From: Oscillospiraceae bacterium
GTDB lineage: Bacteria > Bacillota > Clostridia > Oscillospirales > Oscillospiraceae
DNA length: 47,628 nt
Assembly: GCA_045638085.1 (NCBI GenBank)
Contig: JAZUAQ010000049.1
Span: 1 to 47,628 of the forward strand
Direction of reading: 5' to 3'
Positions 33,640-43,990 of this stretch are shown piece by piece; the first letter of the stretch is position 1, and each line of letters begins with the position of its first letter. The notes beneath the pieces are model-generated. The model had not been told where the DNA came from and did no database searches. It saw nothing but the letters and a program-made list of their open reading frames with translations. Both the position numbers and the translations under genes were made by a program.

Positions 33640-34989
33640 TTACAGTTGATTCAGCGCGGCGGATATATCCTCAAATTTCATGCCTCTGGAGGCTTTCACA
33701 AGGACCGTATCCCCCTCACGTATAAGCGCGGGAAGGATTGCGATAAGCTCTTCCTTGCTCTCGAAATGGCGACCGGCTTCCCCCGCAGCTTCGGCGGTGG
33801 CCGCAGAGAGCTTTCCGCAGCAAAGCACAGCGTCAATACCCAGAGAGGCGGCATAAGAGCCGGACTCAAAGTGAAGTTCTATTTCCTTTTCTCCCAGCTC
33901 CAGCATATCACCTATTATGGCAATTTTTCTGCCCTCTGCCTTGGAAAGAGATCGGAGGGAAGATGCAAGGGATGTGGGGTTGGAGTTATAGCAATCGTCG
34001 ATTATGCTTATTTTATCGGTTTTAATAAGTCTGGCGCGGCTGCCAACAGGCTCATAGGCGGCAATACCCGCTGCGATCTCTTCATCGCTGAGCCCAAGCT
34101 CCATACCGATTGCCGCTCCCGCAAGAGCCGCAGCTATCATATGCTCGCCGTAGGCATTAATGGTAATGGGGAAGTTTCTTTCCCCTGCCACTACCGTGCA
34201 GCAGGTACTGCCGTCGGGAAGCGTGCGCACATCTTCGGCGCGCACAGTGCAGTTTTCACCAAGTCCATAGCAGACCTTTTCTCTACCGAAATCTGCAGCG
34301 GCAAGCATATCGTCATCGCCGCAGCAAAAGACCTTGCCCTTGTGGGGAATCCCCTCAATCATTTCGCCCTTGGCTTTCAGCACACCCGCTCTGTCACCCA
34401 AAAATTCAAGATGGGCATGACCGATGACTGTGAGAAGTCCGTGGTCGGGTTTCACAATTCTTGTAAGCAGGCTCATCTCACCGAAATGGGAAATACCCAT
34501 CTCGATAACCGCAGCACTATGCTCATCACGAAGTCCGAAAAGAGTGAGAGGAACGCCAAGCTCATTATTGAAGTTGCCTGCAGTTTTATGGACATTGAAG
34601 TGCTGAGAAAGCACGCTTGCCACCATTTCCTTGGCGGTTGTCTTTCCTACGGAACCGCTTATGCCGATGAAGGGAATATCAAAGCGGGTGCGGTAAAACT
34701 CCGCTATAAGCTGCAGGGCTTCAACTGTGTTTCTGACCCTTATGAAGGGACGAACATTCTCCTCAGGCAGTTTCTCGCCTATTGCGCAAAGGGCGCCTGC
34801 ATTCATTACTGCAGGGATGAAATCGTGTCCATCCACTCTCTCACCTGCAATGGCGGCGAAAAGGCAGTCGGGCTCTACCTTGCGACTATCAGTGGTTATG
34901 GCGCTGACCTCTCTGCGGAGCAGCTCCATATCGCCGAAATAATCTCCGTGGCAGGCGGCTATTATGTTTTCAAGACTGAGACCTCTCAT
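33640..34989 (-). CDS. murF: UDP-N-acetylmuramoyl-tripeptide--D-alanyl-D-alanine ligase
   Basis: 449 aa. TTDSRKV, P-loop GISGSVGKTT and NFNNELGVPLT. The start overlaps the ddl stop (ATGA). Confidence 0.95.
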   Translation of the reverse strand: MRGLSLENIIAACHGDYFGDMELLRREVSAITTDSRKVEPDCLFAAIAGERVDGHDFIPAVMNAGALCAIGEKLPEENVRPFIRVRNTVEALQLIAEFYRTRFDIPFIGISGSVGKTTAKEMVASVLSQHFNVHKTAGNFNNELGVPLTLFGLRDEHSAAVIEMGISHFGEMSLLTRIVKPDHGLLTVIGHAHLEFLGDRAGVLKAKGEMIEGIPHKGKVFCCGDDDMLAAADFGREKVCYGLGENCTVRAEDVRTLPDGSTCCTVVAGERNFPITINAYGEHMIAAALAGAAIGMELGLSDEEIAAGIAAYEPVGSRARLIKTDKISIIDDCYNSNPTSLASSLRSLSKAEGRKIAIIGDMLELGEKEIELHFESGSYAASLGIDAVLCCGKLSAATAEAAGEAGRHFESKEELIAILPALIREGDTVLVKASRGMKFEDISAALNQL

Positions 34990-36014
34990 CTGTACTTCTC
35001 CAGAGAAACTTCAATTATCTTTTCGCAGAGGCTGCCGTAATCCATACCCTCTTCCCTTGCCATCTGGGGAATAAGGCTTGTGGGGGTCATGCCGGGGAGG
35101 GTATTTGCCTCGAGGCAGTACATCTCTCCGTCAGCGGCATTCCAGAGGAAGTCAACGCGGCAATAGGCATCAACCATCAAAGCCTCGTGTACCTTTTCAG
35201 CAAGGCGCTGAACTTTCTTTGTTGCCTCCTCGCCTATGGGTGCGGGGCAAATTTCCTCGGTTGCGCCTGCCTGATATTTGTTCTTATAGTCATAGAAACC
35301 GCTCTTGGGAATTATCTCGATGGCGGGCATTGCCTTTCCGTTCATGACGCCGACAGTGAGTTCTCTACCCTTTATGTAGCGCTCAACAAGGACAGCCTTT
35401 TCATACTTGAATGCCAGCATAAGTGCGGGGAGATAATCCTTTTCCTCATAGACAACGCTGGTGCCCACGCTGCTGCCGCCTGAGCAAGGCTTAACAACGC
35501 AGGGAAAGCCCACATTCTCATAGCTCTCCTGACCTTTTTCAAGGGTTATGCCTGAGGGCACGGGGATACCCTTGGAGGCGAGAACGGTTTTGGTAAGGCT
35601 CTTGTTCATAGCAAGGGCACTGCCCAGATATCCGGAACCTGTATATTTGATTCCGTGGAGATCAAGAGTAGCCTGAAGCTTGCCGTTTTCTCCCTCTTCT
35701 CCGTGGAGTGCAAGGAAGGTTATATCTGCCTTTTCGCATATCTTCAGAACATTGGGACCGATTGCGCAGGCGCCGCCCATTGCACGGACAGCGTCAAGAT
35801 CTGGAGCCGCCTCGGCAACGGAGAAATCCGCTATACTGCCGCCCCGGGCAAAAACCTCAGCAGGGTCATCAAAGCTCTCGGTATAGCCAAGATAGAGGTC
35901 TATAAGTACCGCATTGTGTCCCTTTTCTCTCAAAGCTCTGGCAACGCCTGTGCCGCTGGATATGGAAACATCGCGCTCGTTGGAAAGGCCTCCGCAAAGA
36001 ACAACTATATTCAT
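34986..36014 (-). CDS. ddl: D-alanine--D-alanine ligase
   Basis: Motifs LCGGLSNERDVS, HGEEGENGKLQ and LEANTLPGMT. ATG at 36014 lies 10 nt after AGGAGG; the track start at 36023 is only 1 nt after it. Confidence 0.95.
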   Translation of the reverse strand: MNIVVLCGGLSNERDVSISSGTGVARALREKGHNAVLIDLYLGYTESFDDPAEVFARGGSIADFSVAEAAPDLDAVRAMGGACAIGPNVLKICEKADITFLALHGEEGENGKLQATLDLHGIKYTGSGYLGSALAMNKSLTKTVLASKGIPVPSGITLEKGQESYENVGFPCVVKPCSGGSSVGTSVVYEEKDYLPALMLAFKYEKAVLVERYIKGRELTVGVMNGKAMPAIEIIPKSGFYDYKNKYQAGATEEICPAPIGEEATKKVQRLAEKVHEALMVDAYCRVDFLWNAADGEMYCLEANTLPGMTPTSLIPQMAREEGMDYGSLCEKIIEVSLEKYR

Positions 36015-36108
36015 AGGATACATTCCTCCTAAATTATTGCAAATATGACTTTACGCCACTGACGGGTTATTATAGCACACTTCTCACGCTTAAACAATGA
36101 AAAAACTG

Positions 36109-36138
36109 TTGTTATATGCCTTTGAGATGTGATATAAT
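36109..36138 (+). promoter_or_regulatory. extended -10 promoter for the exonuclease gene
   Basis: TTGTTA (36109-36114), 18-nt spacer ending TGA, then TATAAT (36133-36138). Confidence 0.45.
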
Positions 36139-36168
36139 GCCGTCTATCAATCGAAAGTGGTGATATTA

Positions 36169-37137
36169 ATGCAGTATGTAGTTCTTGACCTGGAATGGAA
36201 CCAGGCAATGAGCTCCAAATCTCCTATATACAACCGTCTGCCTATCCATCTCCGCGGCGAGATTATCCAGATCGGCGCTTGCAAGCTCAATGAGGATATG
36301 ACCCCCGGCGAGGAGTTCCAGATAGACGTTAAGCCCGTTTATTTCCGCAAGATGCATTATAAGGTGAAAAAGCTCACCGGCATCGACTCCGAGCGTCTCA
36401 GCGATGCATGCGGCTTCAAGGAAGCTATGCGCCAGTTCCGCGAGTTCTGCGGCGACGGCTGCACCTTCCTTACCTGGGGCTATGATGACAAGGGTATTAT
36501 GGAGCAGAACATAATAGTCCATGACCTTGACTGGGACTGGATTGCCGGCTGGGTAAATCTCCAGATTATCTTTAATATGCAGACCGATGGCGACAGAAAC
36601 CAGAAATCCCTTGCCACCGCCATGGAGCATTTCGGCATTGAGCAGACCAGAGTTGCTCACGATGCCCTCGGCGACGCCTACAACACCGCCCTTGTTTGCT
36701 CCCACCTTGACCTCAAGGCAGGTCTTGCAGGCTATGACGAAACTATGCACCAGCTCTCCCTCCGCCGCAAGAAGGCTTCCGAGGACAGCGAGGAAGGCCC
36801 CGAGCCTCTCGAGCATCTCACCTTCAGTGGCTATGCAACCAGAAGCGAAGCATTTGCCGACGAGCGCCTTTCCCTCATTCCCTGCCCCGAATGCCGCAAG
36901 GAAATGAGCAATCAGCGCTGGGTCAATCAGGGTGACAAGCGCTATATGACCCTTGCCGAATGCCCCGATCACGGCAAGTTCCTCACCCGCGTGAAGTTCC
37001 GCCACACTGAGGAGGAGACCTGGACAGCGAACCGCATCATCTATAAGGCTGACGAAGAGATGGAGGCCTACTATAAGCAGAAGGCCATTCAGAACCGCAA
37101 GCGCGTCCGCAAGAGAAAGAAAAGCTCAAACGCTTAA
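36169..37137 (+). CDS. DEDDh 3'-5' exonuclease domain fused to a C-terminal Cys/His zinc-ribbon-like domain and a basic tail
   Basis: ExoI motif VVLDLEWN. ExoIII motif HDALGDAYN (H-x4-D). The C-terminal 110 aa contain CPEC...CPDH and end in KRVRKRKKSSNA. Confidence 0.85.
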   Translation: MQYVVLDLEWNQAMSSKSPIYNRLPIHLRGEIIQIGACKLNEDMTPGEEFQIDVKPVYFRKMHYKVKKLTGIDSERLSDACGFKEAMRQFREFCGDGCTFLTWGYDDKGIMEQNIIVHDLDWDWIAGWVNLQIIFNMQTDGDRNQKSLATAMEHFGIEQTRVAHDALGDAYNTALVCSHLDLKAGLAGYDETMHQLSLRRKKASEDSEEGPEPLEHLTFSGYATRSEAFADERLSLIPCPECRKEMSNQRWVNQGDKRYMTLAECPDHGKFLTRVKFRHTEEETWTANRIIYKADEEMEAYYKQKAIQNRKRVRKRKKSSNA

Positions 37138-37154
37138 AATAAGGAGAGATAAAG

Positions 37155-38432
37155 ATGAAAAAAATTATCATTATTCTTACCATTCTTGCAATGGCAGTCA
37201 GCCTTTTCGCCGGCTGTGGCTCAGGTGACGACAAGGATGTTGGCGGCAACATTTCCAAGCTCCCCGAAGAAAGCTCCTCTCCCGTGCAGGAAGATGAAGC
37301 AGAATTTGACACCGGCTATGTTATCGGCGGCACATACTCCAACGAGTTTCTTGGAATTAACCTCACGCTGGATGACAACTGGGTCTTCTTCAGCGATGAG
37401 CAGATAGCTGAGCTCAACGGTGCAACCGCTGATCTCATCGGAGATGAGGACATCAAGGAAATGCTGGAAACCAGCGGCGTTATCTACGACCTCTATGCCA
37501 CCACCCTTGATACAGAATGCACCATTAGCATCGCAATCGAAAACCTCGGCCTTCTCTACGGCGCAGTTCTCAGCGAGGAAGCTTACGTTGATGCCGCCAT
37601 AGGCAATCTCGGCCTCGCTCTCGAATCCGCCGGTATGCTCAACGTTGTCTGCGAAAAGAGCAGCGTAGAGTTCTGCGGCAAAGAGCACGCCGCCATCGAC
37701 GTTTCCGCCGTTAACCTCTATGGTATAGAACTTTATGAAACTATTGTTTGCTATAAAGTTGGCAGCTACATGGCTTGCGTGACCGTTGTTGCAACCGACA
37801 AGGAAACCAGCCTTGGCCTTCTGGATCTCTTCTACACCGGCGAACCTGTTTACAACAACGCACCCGTCGAGCCTGCTGAGCCCGCTCTCACTGATATATT
37901 CAACATAGGCGAAACAAGCGATTCACGTTATGTAAACCGTTTCTTCGGCTTTGAAGCCAATTTTGACTCTGACTGGAACATTTATACCCCCGCAGATCTC
38001 GCCGCTTATAACGGCATCAGCAGCGACGTTTTCACAACCAAGGAAGCTCTTGATATTATGGCCGTGGGTCAGTCTCCCTACATTATGAGCGCCGTCACCA
38101 GTGATGAGCTTTGCTATGCCGAATTTATTGTTGAAGACCTTACCGACACTTATGCCGACCTGTTTATTGAAGACTATATAGACATCACACTCCCCCAGGT
38201 CAAGGAAAGCTATGCCGGCATACTGGATAACCTCGTATGCGAAGTTGACTACGTTGAGTTCTGCGGTCAGCTTCTCCCCGCAATCGTTGTAAGCGGAAAT
38301 AACGGAGATCTTGACCTTTACCAGTATATGATCTGCCTCAAGTCCGGAAGATATATCGGTTTGGTTAACATAATTTCTTTCTACGACAATGCCTGCGATG
38401 CTATTGCAAGCTGCTTCAGTCCCATTGGCTGA
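37155..38432 (+). CDS. hypothetical lipoprotein (425 aa)
   Basis: MKKIIIILTILAMAVSLFAGCG lipobox. AAGGAGAG RBS. Lies 17 nt after the exonuclease gene. The sequence looks like two related halves (…NWVFFSDEQIAELNG… / …DWNIYTPADLAAYNG…). Confidence 0.8.
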   Translation: MKKIIIILTILAMAVSLFAGCGSGDDKDVGGNISKLPEESSSPVQEDEAEFDTGYVIGGTYSNEFLGINLTLDDNWVFFSDEQIAELNGATADLIGDEDIKEMLETSGVIYDLYATTLDTECTISIAIENLGLLYGAVLSEEAYVDAAIGNLGLALESAGMLNVVCEKSSVEFCGKEHAAIDVSAVNLYGIELYETIVCYKVGSYMACVTVVATDKETSLGLLDLFYTGEPVYNNAPVEPAEPALTDIFNIGETSDSRYVNRFFGFEANFDSDWNIYTPADLAAYNGISSDVFTTKEALDIMAVGQSPYIMSAVTSDELCYAEFIVEDLTDTYADLFIEDYIDITLPQVKESYAGILDNLVCEVDYVEFCGQLLPAIVVSGNNGDLDLYQYMICLKSGRYIGLVNIISFYDNACDAIASCFSPIG

Positions 38433-38444
38433 TTAAATAACAAC

Positions 38445-38482
38445 AAAAAAAAGATGAGTTCCGGAGGAACTCATCTTTTTTT
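38445..38482. terminator. bidirectional terminator between lipoprotein gene and ribF
   Basis: AAAAAAAAGATGAGTTCC / GGAACTCATCTTTTTTTT, 18-bp stem including the A and T runs, loop GGA. Confidence 0.85.
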
Positions 38483-39377
38483 ATTTATCGAAATAATCTC
38501 TTGCGCTTTGGCAATCCCGCTTTATCTGGCTCATAAGAGCCTCGGGAGAGGAAAATTTGCGCTCAGGACGGATGAAGCTATGGAACTCCACGCAGACATT
38601 GGTGCCGTAAAGATAGCCGCTGAAATCGAAAATATTGGTCTCAACGGTGACCTCGTTTCCGCCAAAGGTAGGACGGATGCCAACATTTGTGACTGAAGTA
38701 TATTCCCCCTCGGGCAAAATTGTTCTGGTGGCATAAACTCCGCAGCGTGGCACCAGCACTCCCTCGCCGAAAACCATATTTATGGTAGGCGCGCCGAGAG
38801 TTGTGCCGCCAATCTGAAAGCCGGAGCGTACCGTGTCGGTGAGAATATGGGGATGACCCAGATATTCGTTTGCTTTTTCCGTCTCGCCCTCGGAGAGGAG
38901 ATTGCGAATAAGGGTTGAGCTAATAATCTCTCCGTCGCGCATAACGGGACTTATTATATCGCAGCCCAGACCAAGGCTCTCGCAGTAAGCTTGCAGCACA
39001 TCAGCCTTGCCCTCGCCCTTATAGCCAAAGCAGAAATCGTGACCCACCACAAAATGGACGGCATTATAAGTTTCAATTACACTGTCTATAAAATCCTTCC
39101 AATGCATGCGCATAGTGCGTTCATTGAAGCGGATGAAATAAACATTTTCAATATCGTAAAAGCGCTTGAGGATATAGCTGCGATCAGCTGCGGAGTTGAT
39201 AAGCTCAACCGCAGCACCCTTCACATAGGTATCGGGGTGGCTATCAAAGGTGAGCACGGCACACTCTGTTCCAAGGCTCTCTGCAACAGCTTTGCTGCGC
39301 TCCATAAGAGCCCCATGTCCAATATGAATGCCGTCGAAAAATCCGAGTGCCATTACTTTGGGGCTTGGTTTTTTCAT
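38481..39377 (-). CDS. ribF: bifunctional riboflavin kinase / FMN adenylyltransferase
   Basis: LGFFDGIHIGH nucleotidyltransferase motif and a C-terminal riboflavin-kinase domain (PTIN...GVY...). ATG at 39377 overlaps the truB stop (TAATG). Confidence 0.93.
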   Translation of the reverse strand: MKKPSPKVMALGFFDGIHIGHGALMERSKAVAESLGTECAVLTFDSHPDTYVKGAAVELINSAADRSYILKRFYDIENVYFIRFNERTMRMHWKDFIDSVIETYNAVHFVVGHDFCFGYKGEGKADVLQAYCESLGLGCDIISPVMRDGEIISSTLIRNLLSEGETEKANEYLGHPHILTDTVRSGFQIGGTTLGAPTINMVFGEGVLVPRCGVYATRTILPEGEYTSVTNVGIRPTFGGNEVTVETNIFDFSGYLYGTNVCVEFHSFIRPERKFSSPEALMSQIKRDCQSARDYFDK

Positions 39378-40243
39378 TATTTCACCTCGTAAAAACTCTT
39401 GATGCATACTATTTTGCCCTCTTCAACCGCTGCAAGGGCAAGAAACTCTCCACTTTCGGAGTAAACGCGAAATCGCTCATTTTCGCAGGAATAAGAAAAT
39501 CTCACGCCGTTTCTGAAAAGCTTTTCCTGCTTTGCATTAAGCACAGCGCTGGGCAACGTGGCAAAAAGAGCGTCCACCGGAAGAAGAAGCTCTTCCGCCT
39601 TCTCCCCTGCTGCAATAACGTCCTCAAGGCGGTGGGCTTCAGAAAGAGAGAAAATTCCCGCGGCGCTTCGGCGCAGAGAAGACATACATCCACCGCAGCC
39701 AAGAGCCTCGCCAATATCATTGCAGAGAGTGCGTATATAAGTGCCTTTGCTGCAACGAATACGCAGCAGGGCATCTCCATCCTCCCAACCCAGAAAATCA
39801 AGGCTATGGATGGTAATTTTTCTGCTTTTTCGCTCCACGCTCTCACCCTTACGGGCAATTTCATAAAGCTTTTTTCCGCCTATTTTGATTGCGGAATACA
39901 TGGGAGGGATCTGTTCAATCTCCCCTTTGAATTTTTCAAGTGCGGATAAAAGAAGCTCATCGCTTATATCCGCGCTTTTTTCGGAAAGTACATTTCCGCT
40001 TGTGTCCTGAGTATCCGTTGTGATACCAAGGCGCAGCCTGGCTATATATTCCTTGCTGTCCGCTTCTGCAAATTCAACCGCTCTTGTGGCTCTGCCAAGG
40101 AAAACAACAAGAAGTCCCGTGGCCATGGGGTCAAGGGTGCCGCTGTGGCCGATGCGCTTTTCGTGAAAAACGCCTCTCAGCTTGGCACAGACATCCATAC
40201 TTGTCCAGTCCGTGGGCTTATCTATAAGCAAAATGCCGTTCAT
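39377..40243 (-). CDS. truB: tRNA pseudouridine(55) synthase
   Basis: GILLIDKP and GHSGTLDPMATGLL (catalytic Asp). 288 aa. Confidence 0.95.
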   Translation of the reverse strand: MNGILLIDKPTDWTSMDVCAKLRGVFHEKRIGHSGTLDPMATGLLVVFLGRATRAVEFAEADSKEYIARLRLGITTDTQDTSGNVLSEKSADISDELLLSALEKFKGEIEQIPPMYSAIKIGGKKLYEIARKGESVERKSRKITIHSLDFLGWEDGDALLRIRCSKGTYIRTLCNDIGEALGCGGCMSSLRRSAAGIFSLSEAHRLEDVIAAGEKAEELLLPVDALFATLPSAVLNAKQEKLFRNGVRFSYSCENERFRVYSESGEFLALAAVEEGKIVCIKSFYEVK

Positions 40244-41187
40244 TCCATAACCTCGTAAACAACTTTAAGCAGAGCGTCTGCCAGCTCATAGGGTCCCATA
40301 TTGGCATTGCAGCCTGCGGCCATTGCGTGACCGCCGCCGCCAAAGCGGGCGCAGATTGCGCTTGCATTGACTTGGTCATTGGTGCGGACGGAGGCCTTGC
40401 TGCGTCCGCCGGGAAGCTCTCTTACGGTTACGGACACAACGCTGCCCCTTACCTTTCCCGCAAGGGAGGCAAGGTCATCGCAGTCATCCTCGGTGGCTCC
40501 GGACTCATGCATCATATCCAAAGTTACAACAGCAACATTGATGCTGTTATCCCTGTAAGAGCGCATATTTGCGTAGAGAAGGCCTTCCAGCTTCAACCTG
40601 GGGAAAGACATGCTGCGGAAAAGAAGCTTATTGAGTCTGCCGTTTTCCGCGCCATATTCGATTACCTTCGCTGCTGCGCGAAGAGTATCGGGATTGGTGT
40701 TGCCGTAGCAAAAGCAGCCCGTATCGGTGCTTATCGCCGCGTAAACAAGGTTTGCCTCCTCCTGAGTGAGACCGCCGCAAAGCGCTTCGACAAGCTCCAT
40801 AACAATCTCTCCGCAGGCAGCTTTTTCGCCCATAACAAGGTTTTCCTCTGCATAGCCGCTGTTGGAGGCATGGTGGTCTATTGCCAGGTCAACCTTTCCC
40901 TCAAAGCCGAGGGGAAGCATACGCAAATCAGCAGTATCCACGCTGACCACATAAGCATTTTCTGCGCTCTCAGACCAAATATAATCCTTGACGAAATCCA
41001 TATAGGTTTCGGTTATCTCGGGATTATTATAAAGCCCTGCATTTTTACCAAGCCTTCTCAGGGCAGAGCAAAGAGCTGCGGCTGAGCAAAGCGTGTCTCC
41101 GTCGGGGCGGGTATGGGTAAGGAGAAGGATATTATCCTTTCCCTCAAGAAGAGAGGCGCAATCACATATCCTCATCATTTTCGTCAC
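40240..41187 (-). CDS. DHH/DHHA1 phosphoesterase (NrnA-like oligoribonuclease / pAp phosphatase)
   Basis: Motifs HTRPDGDT, DHH (AIDHHASN) and GGGGHAMAAG. The start may be one of the internal Met codons at 41178/41175. Confidence 0.88.
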   Translation of the reverse strand: MTKMMRICDCASLLEGKDNILLLTHTRPDGDTLCSAAALCSALRRLGKNAGLYNNPEITETYMDFVKDYIWSESAENAYVVSVDTADLRMLPLGFEGKVDLAIDHHASNSGYAEENLVMGEKAACGEIVMELVEALCGGLTQEEANLVYAAISTDTGCFCYGNTNPDTLRAAAKVIEYGAENGRLNKLLFRSMSFPRLKLEGLLYANMRSYRDNSINVAVVTLDMMHESGATEDDCDDLASLAGKVRGSVVSVTVRELPGGRSKASVRTNDQVNASAICARFGGGGHAMAAGCNANMGPYELADALLKVVYEVME

Positions 41188-41533
41188 CGGAAATATTGAG
41201 ACTCTCCATAACGGAATGGATATGGGCGCCGTATTCTATGCTCTTATCCAGTTCAAAAATAAGCTCGGGGGTATAACGAAGGTTGAGGGCTATTCCAAGC
41301 TCACGGCGGAGCCAGGGGGATGCACTCTTTACGCCCTTCTTGAATTCCTTTTCATTGACTTCACCAAGAACGCTCACAAACACCTTGCAGTAGCGCAGGT
41401 CACCGGTGGTGTCAACGCGGGTGATGGAAATCAGGCTTCCCTGATTAACGCGGGGATCTTTCACCTGAGGGAGAAGTCGGGAAAGGACAAACTGAATATC
41501 ATCGTTTGTTCTCTGGAGCTTGTTGCTTGCCAT
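41162..41533 (-). CDS. rbfA: ribosome-binding factor A
   Basis: 123 aa with KH-like RbfA sequence (…DPRV…ITRVDTTGDLRYCKVFVS…LRYTPELIFELD) and an acidic tail. Confidence 0.92.
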   Translation of the reverse strand: MASNKLQRTNDDIQFVLSRLLPQVKDPRVNQGSLISITRVDTTGDLRYCKVFVSVLGEVNEKEFKKGVKSASPWLRRELGIALNLRYTPELIFELDKSIEYGAHIHSVMESLNISGDENDEDM

Positions 41534-41614
41534 TTATTTTTCCTCCTTTAGTAAGGATATAGTTCAAAATAACGGGCAGCCGAGGAGCCGCCCGTTAATC
41601 GTTTTAAATGTGCG

Positions 41615-43990
41615 TTACTGCTTGATTTCTTCCATTACGAAGCACTCGATAACGTCGCCAACTTTGATATCGTTGAACTTTTCAACCTGCATACCGCATT
41701 CAAAGTTAGTGGCAACTTCCTTAACGTCATCCTTGAAACGGCGGAGAGATGCCAGTTCGCCCTCGTGGATAACAATGTTATCGCGGAGAACGCGTACGGA
41801 GCAGCCGCGCTGGATCTTACCGTCGGTAACATAGCAGCCGCAGACAGTGCCGATCTTGCTGACCTTGTAGGTCTCGCGGACTTCGGCGTGACCAATGATA
41901 GCTTCCTGGAACTTGGGAGCGAGCATGCCCTTCATAGCTGCTTCAATCTCGTTGATGCAGTCATAAATGACGCGGTACATGCGGAGATCAACACCGCTTC
42001 TTGCTGCGCTATCACGGGCAGCGTTATCGGGGCGAACGTTGAAGCCGACAATAACGGCGCCGGAGGTTGCTGCAAGCATAACGTCGGACTCATTGATTGC
42101 GCCGACTGCACTGTGGATAACCTTGACGCGTACTTCTTCATTGGTCATCTTCTCAAGAGAAGCCTTAACAGCCTCAGCAGAACCCTGAACGTCGGCCTTA
42201 ACGATGATGTTGAAGTCCTTAAGATCGCCCTGCTTGATCTGAGCAAAGAGGTCATCCAGGCTTACCTTGCGGTTGCCGCCCAGAGCCTGGTTCTTTGCCT
42301 GCTCCTTGCGCTCTTCAACCAGCTCGCGAGCCATACGCTCATCGGCAACAGCGTTGAAGATATCGCCTGCATTGGGAACTTCGCTCATACCGGTGATCTC
42401 AACGGGAACAGAGGGACCTGCGGAAGTTACGCGCTGACCCTTATCATTAGTCATGGTACGAACGCGGCCGACAGCAGTGCCGGCAATGATAATGTCGCCG
42501 GAGCGGAGAGTGCCGTTCTGGACAAGAACGGTCATGATGGGACCGCGGCCTTTATCAAGGCGAGCCTCGATAACAGTACCCTTTGCTGCACGGTTGGGGT
42601 TAGCCTTAAGCTCCTGAACCTCAGCCAGAACAACAAGGTTTTCCAGAAGGTCTTCGATACCGATCTTCTTCTTTGCGGAAATGGGGCAAACAATAGTGTC
42701 GCCGCCCCACTCTTCGGGTACGATGTCATACTCGGTGAGCTGCTGCTTGATACGGTCGGGGTTAGCGCCAACGGTGTCGATCTTGTTGATAGCGACAACG
42801 ATGGGAATACCTGCGGCCTTTGCATGGTTGATGGACTCGATGGTCTGGGGCATGATACCGTCATCAGCTGCAACAACCAGAATTGCAATATCGGTTATCA
42901 TAGCGCCGCGGGCACGCATGGAAGTGAATGCCTCGTGGCCGGGAGTGTCAAGGAAGGTGATGGGGCTGCCGTTGATTTCAACGGTGTATGCACCAATGTG
43001 CTGAGTGATGCCGCCTGCTTCGCCGGATGCGACATTTGCGTGGCGGATGCAGTCCAGAAGAGAGGACTTACCGTGGTCAACGTGACCCATAACAACGACA
43101 ACGGGAGCGCGGGAGATGAGATCCTCTGCCTTATCCTCGCTATCATCGATGAGACGCTCTTCAACAGTAACGATAACTTCCTTCTCTACAACGCAGCCAA
43201 GTTCCATTGCAACAAGGGCTGCGGTATCGTAGTCGATTATCTCGGAAACAGATGCGAAAACGCCAAGCTTGATGAGCTGCTTGATAACCTCTGCAGCGGT
43301 CTTCTTCATGCGGGATGCCAGTTCGCCAACAGCGATTTCATCGGGGATGGAAACCTTGGTGGGCTGCTTCTTGGCAATTTCAAGCTGCAGACGCTGCATC
43401 TTGTCTTTTTCTTCCTGGCGGCGCTTGTTGGAAGGAGCCTGTGCCTGACGCTGCTTATTGCGGTTGGTGAACTTCTCCTTACCGCCGCGCTGCTTTTCGC
43501 CGCGGTCGCCTGCAAGATTATCGAACTTCTCGTCATACTTGCTCAGGTTGGTGTTGGTGTTGCCGCGGGTATCAACAATGCGCTTTTCTGCCACCTGTCT
43601 GGGGACATGGGGCTTCTGCTCAGCCTTGGGCTGGGGAGCGCTCTGCTGGGGAGCGTTCTGTCTGGCCTGCTGATTCTGGGGAGCCTTGCCCTGCTGGGGC
43701 TTAGCCTGCTGATTCTGAGGAGCCTTACCCTGCTGAGGCTTTGCCTGCTGGGGAGCCTTCTGCTCTGCTGCCTTGGGTGCTGCGGGAACTGCAAACACTT
43801 CGGCAATAGACTCCATCTGATTATGCTGAGTGAGATACTCGAAAATGAGGTCAAGCTCATTGGCCTCAAGAACCTGCATATGGTTTTTGGGTGCGGAGGC
43901 ATACTCCGTCAATATCTCGGTGATGACCTTACTGGTAAGGTTAAAGTCCTTTGCCACCTCATGAATTCTGTATTTTTCAAAACTGCTCAT
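41615..43990 (-). CDS. infB: translation initiation factor IF-2
   Basis: 791 aa. G1 motif [10 protein letters not shown]3 motif DTPGHEAF, G4 motif NKID. Q/P/K-rich N-terminal linker. Confidence 0.97.
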   Translation of the reverse strand: MSSFEKYRIHEVAKDFNLTSKVITEILTEYASAPKNHMQVLEANELDLIFEYLTQHNQMESIAEVFAVPAAPKAAEQKAPQQAKPQQGKAPQNQQAKPQQGKAPQNQQARQNAPQQSAPQPKAEQKPHVPRQVAEKRIVDTRGNTNTNLSKYDEKFDNLAGDRGEKQRGGKEKFTNRNKQRQAQAPSNKRRQEEKDKMQRLQLEIAKKQPTKVSIPDEIAVGELASRMKKTAAEVIKQLIKLGVFASVSEIIDYDTAALVAMELGCVVEKEVIVTVEERLIDDSEDKAEDLISRAPVVVVMGHVDHGKSSLLDCIRHANVASGEAGGITQHIGAYTVEINGSPITFLDTPGHEAFTSMRARGAMITDIAILVVAADDGIMPQTIESINHAKAAGIPIVVAINKIDTVGANPDRIKQQLTEYDIVPEEWGGDTIVCPISAKKKIGIEDLLENLVVLAEVQELKANPNRAAKGTVIEARLDKGRGPIMTVLVQNGTLRSGDIIIAGTAVGRVRTMTNDKGQRVTSAGPSVPVEITGMSEVPNAGDIFNAVADERMARELVEERKEQAKNQALGGNRKVSLDDLFAQIKQGDLKDFNIIVKADVQGSAEAVKASLEKMTNEEVRVKVIHSAVGAINESDVMLAATSGAVIVGFNVRPDNAARDSAARSGVDLRMYRVIYDCINEIEAAMKGMLAPKFQEAIIGHAEVRETYKVSKIGTVCGCYVTDGKIQRGCSVRVLRDNIVIHEGELASLRRFKDDVKEVATNFECGMQVEKFNDIKVGDVIECFVMEEIKQ
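43665..43742. repeat. two tandem 39-nt units inside infB (encode [13 protein letters not shown] twice)
   Basis: Units 43665-43703 and 43704-43742 differ at 4 positions. A partial third unit follows. Confidence 0.85.
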
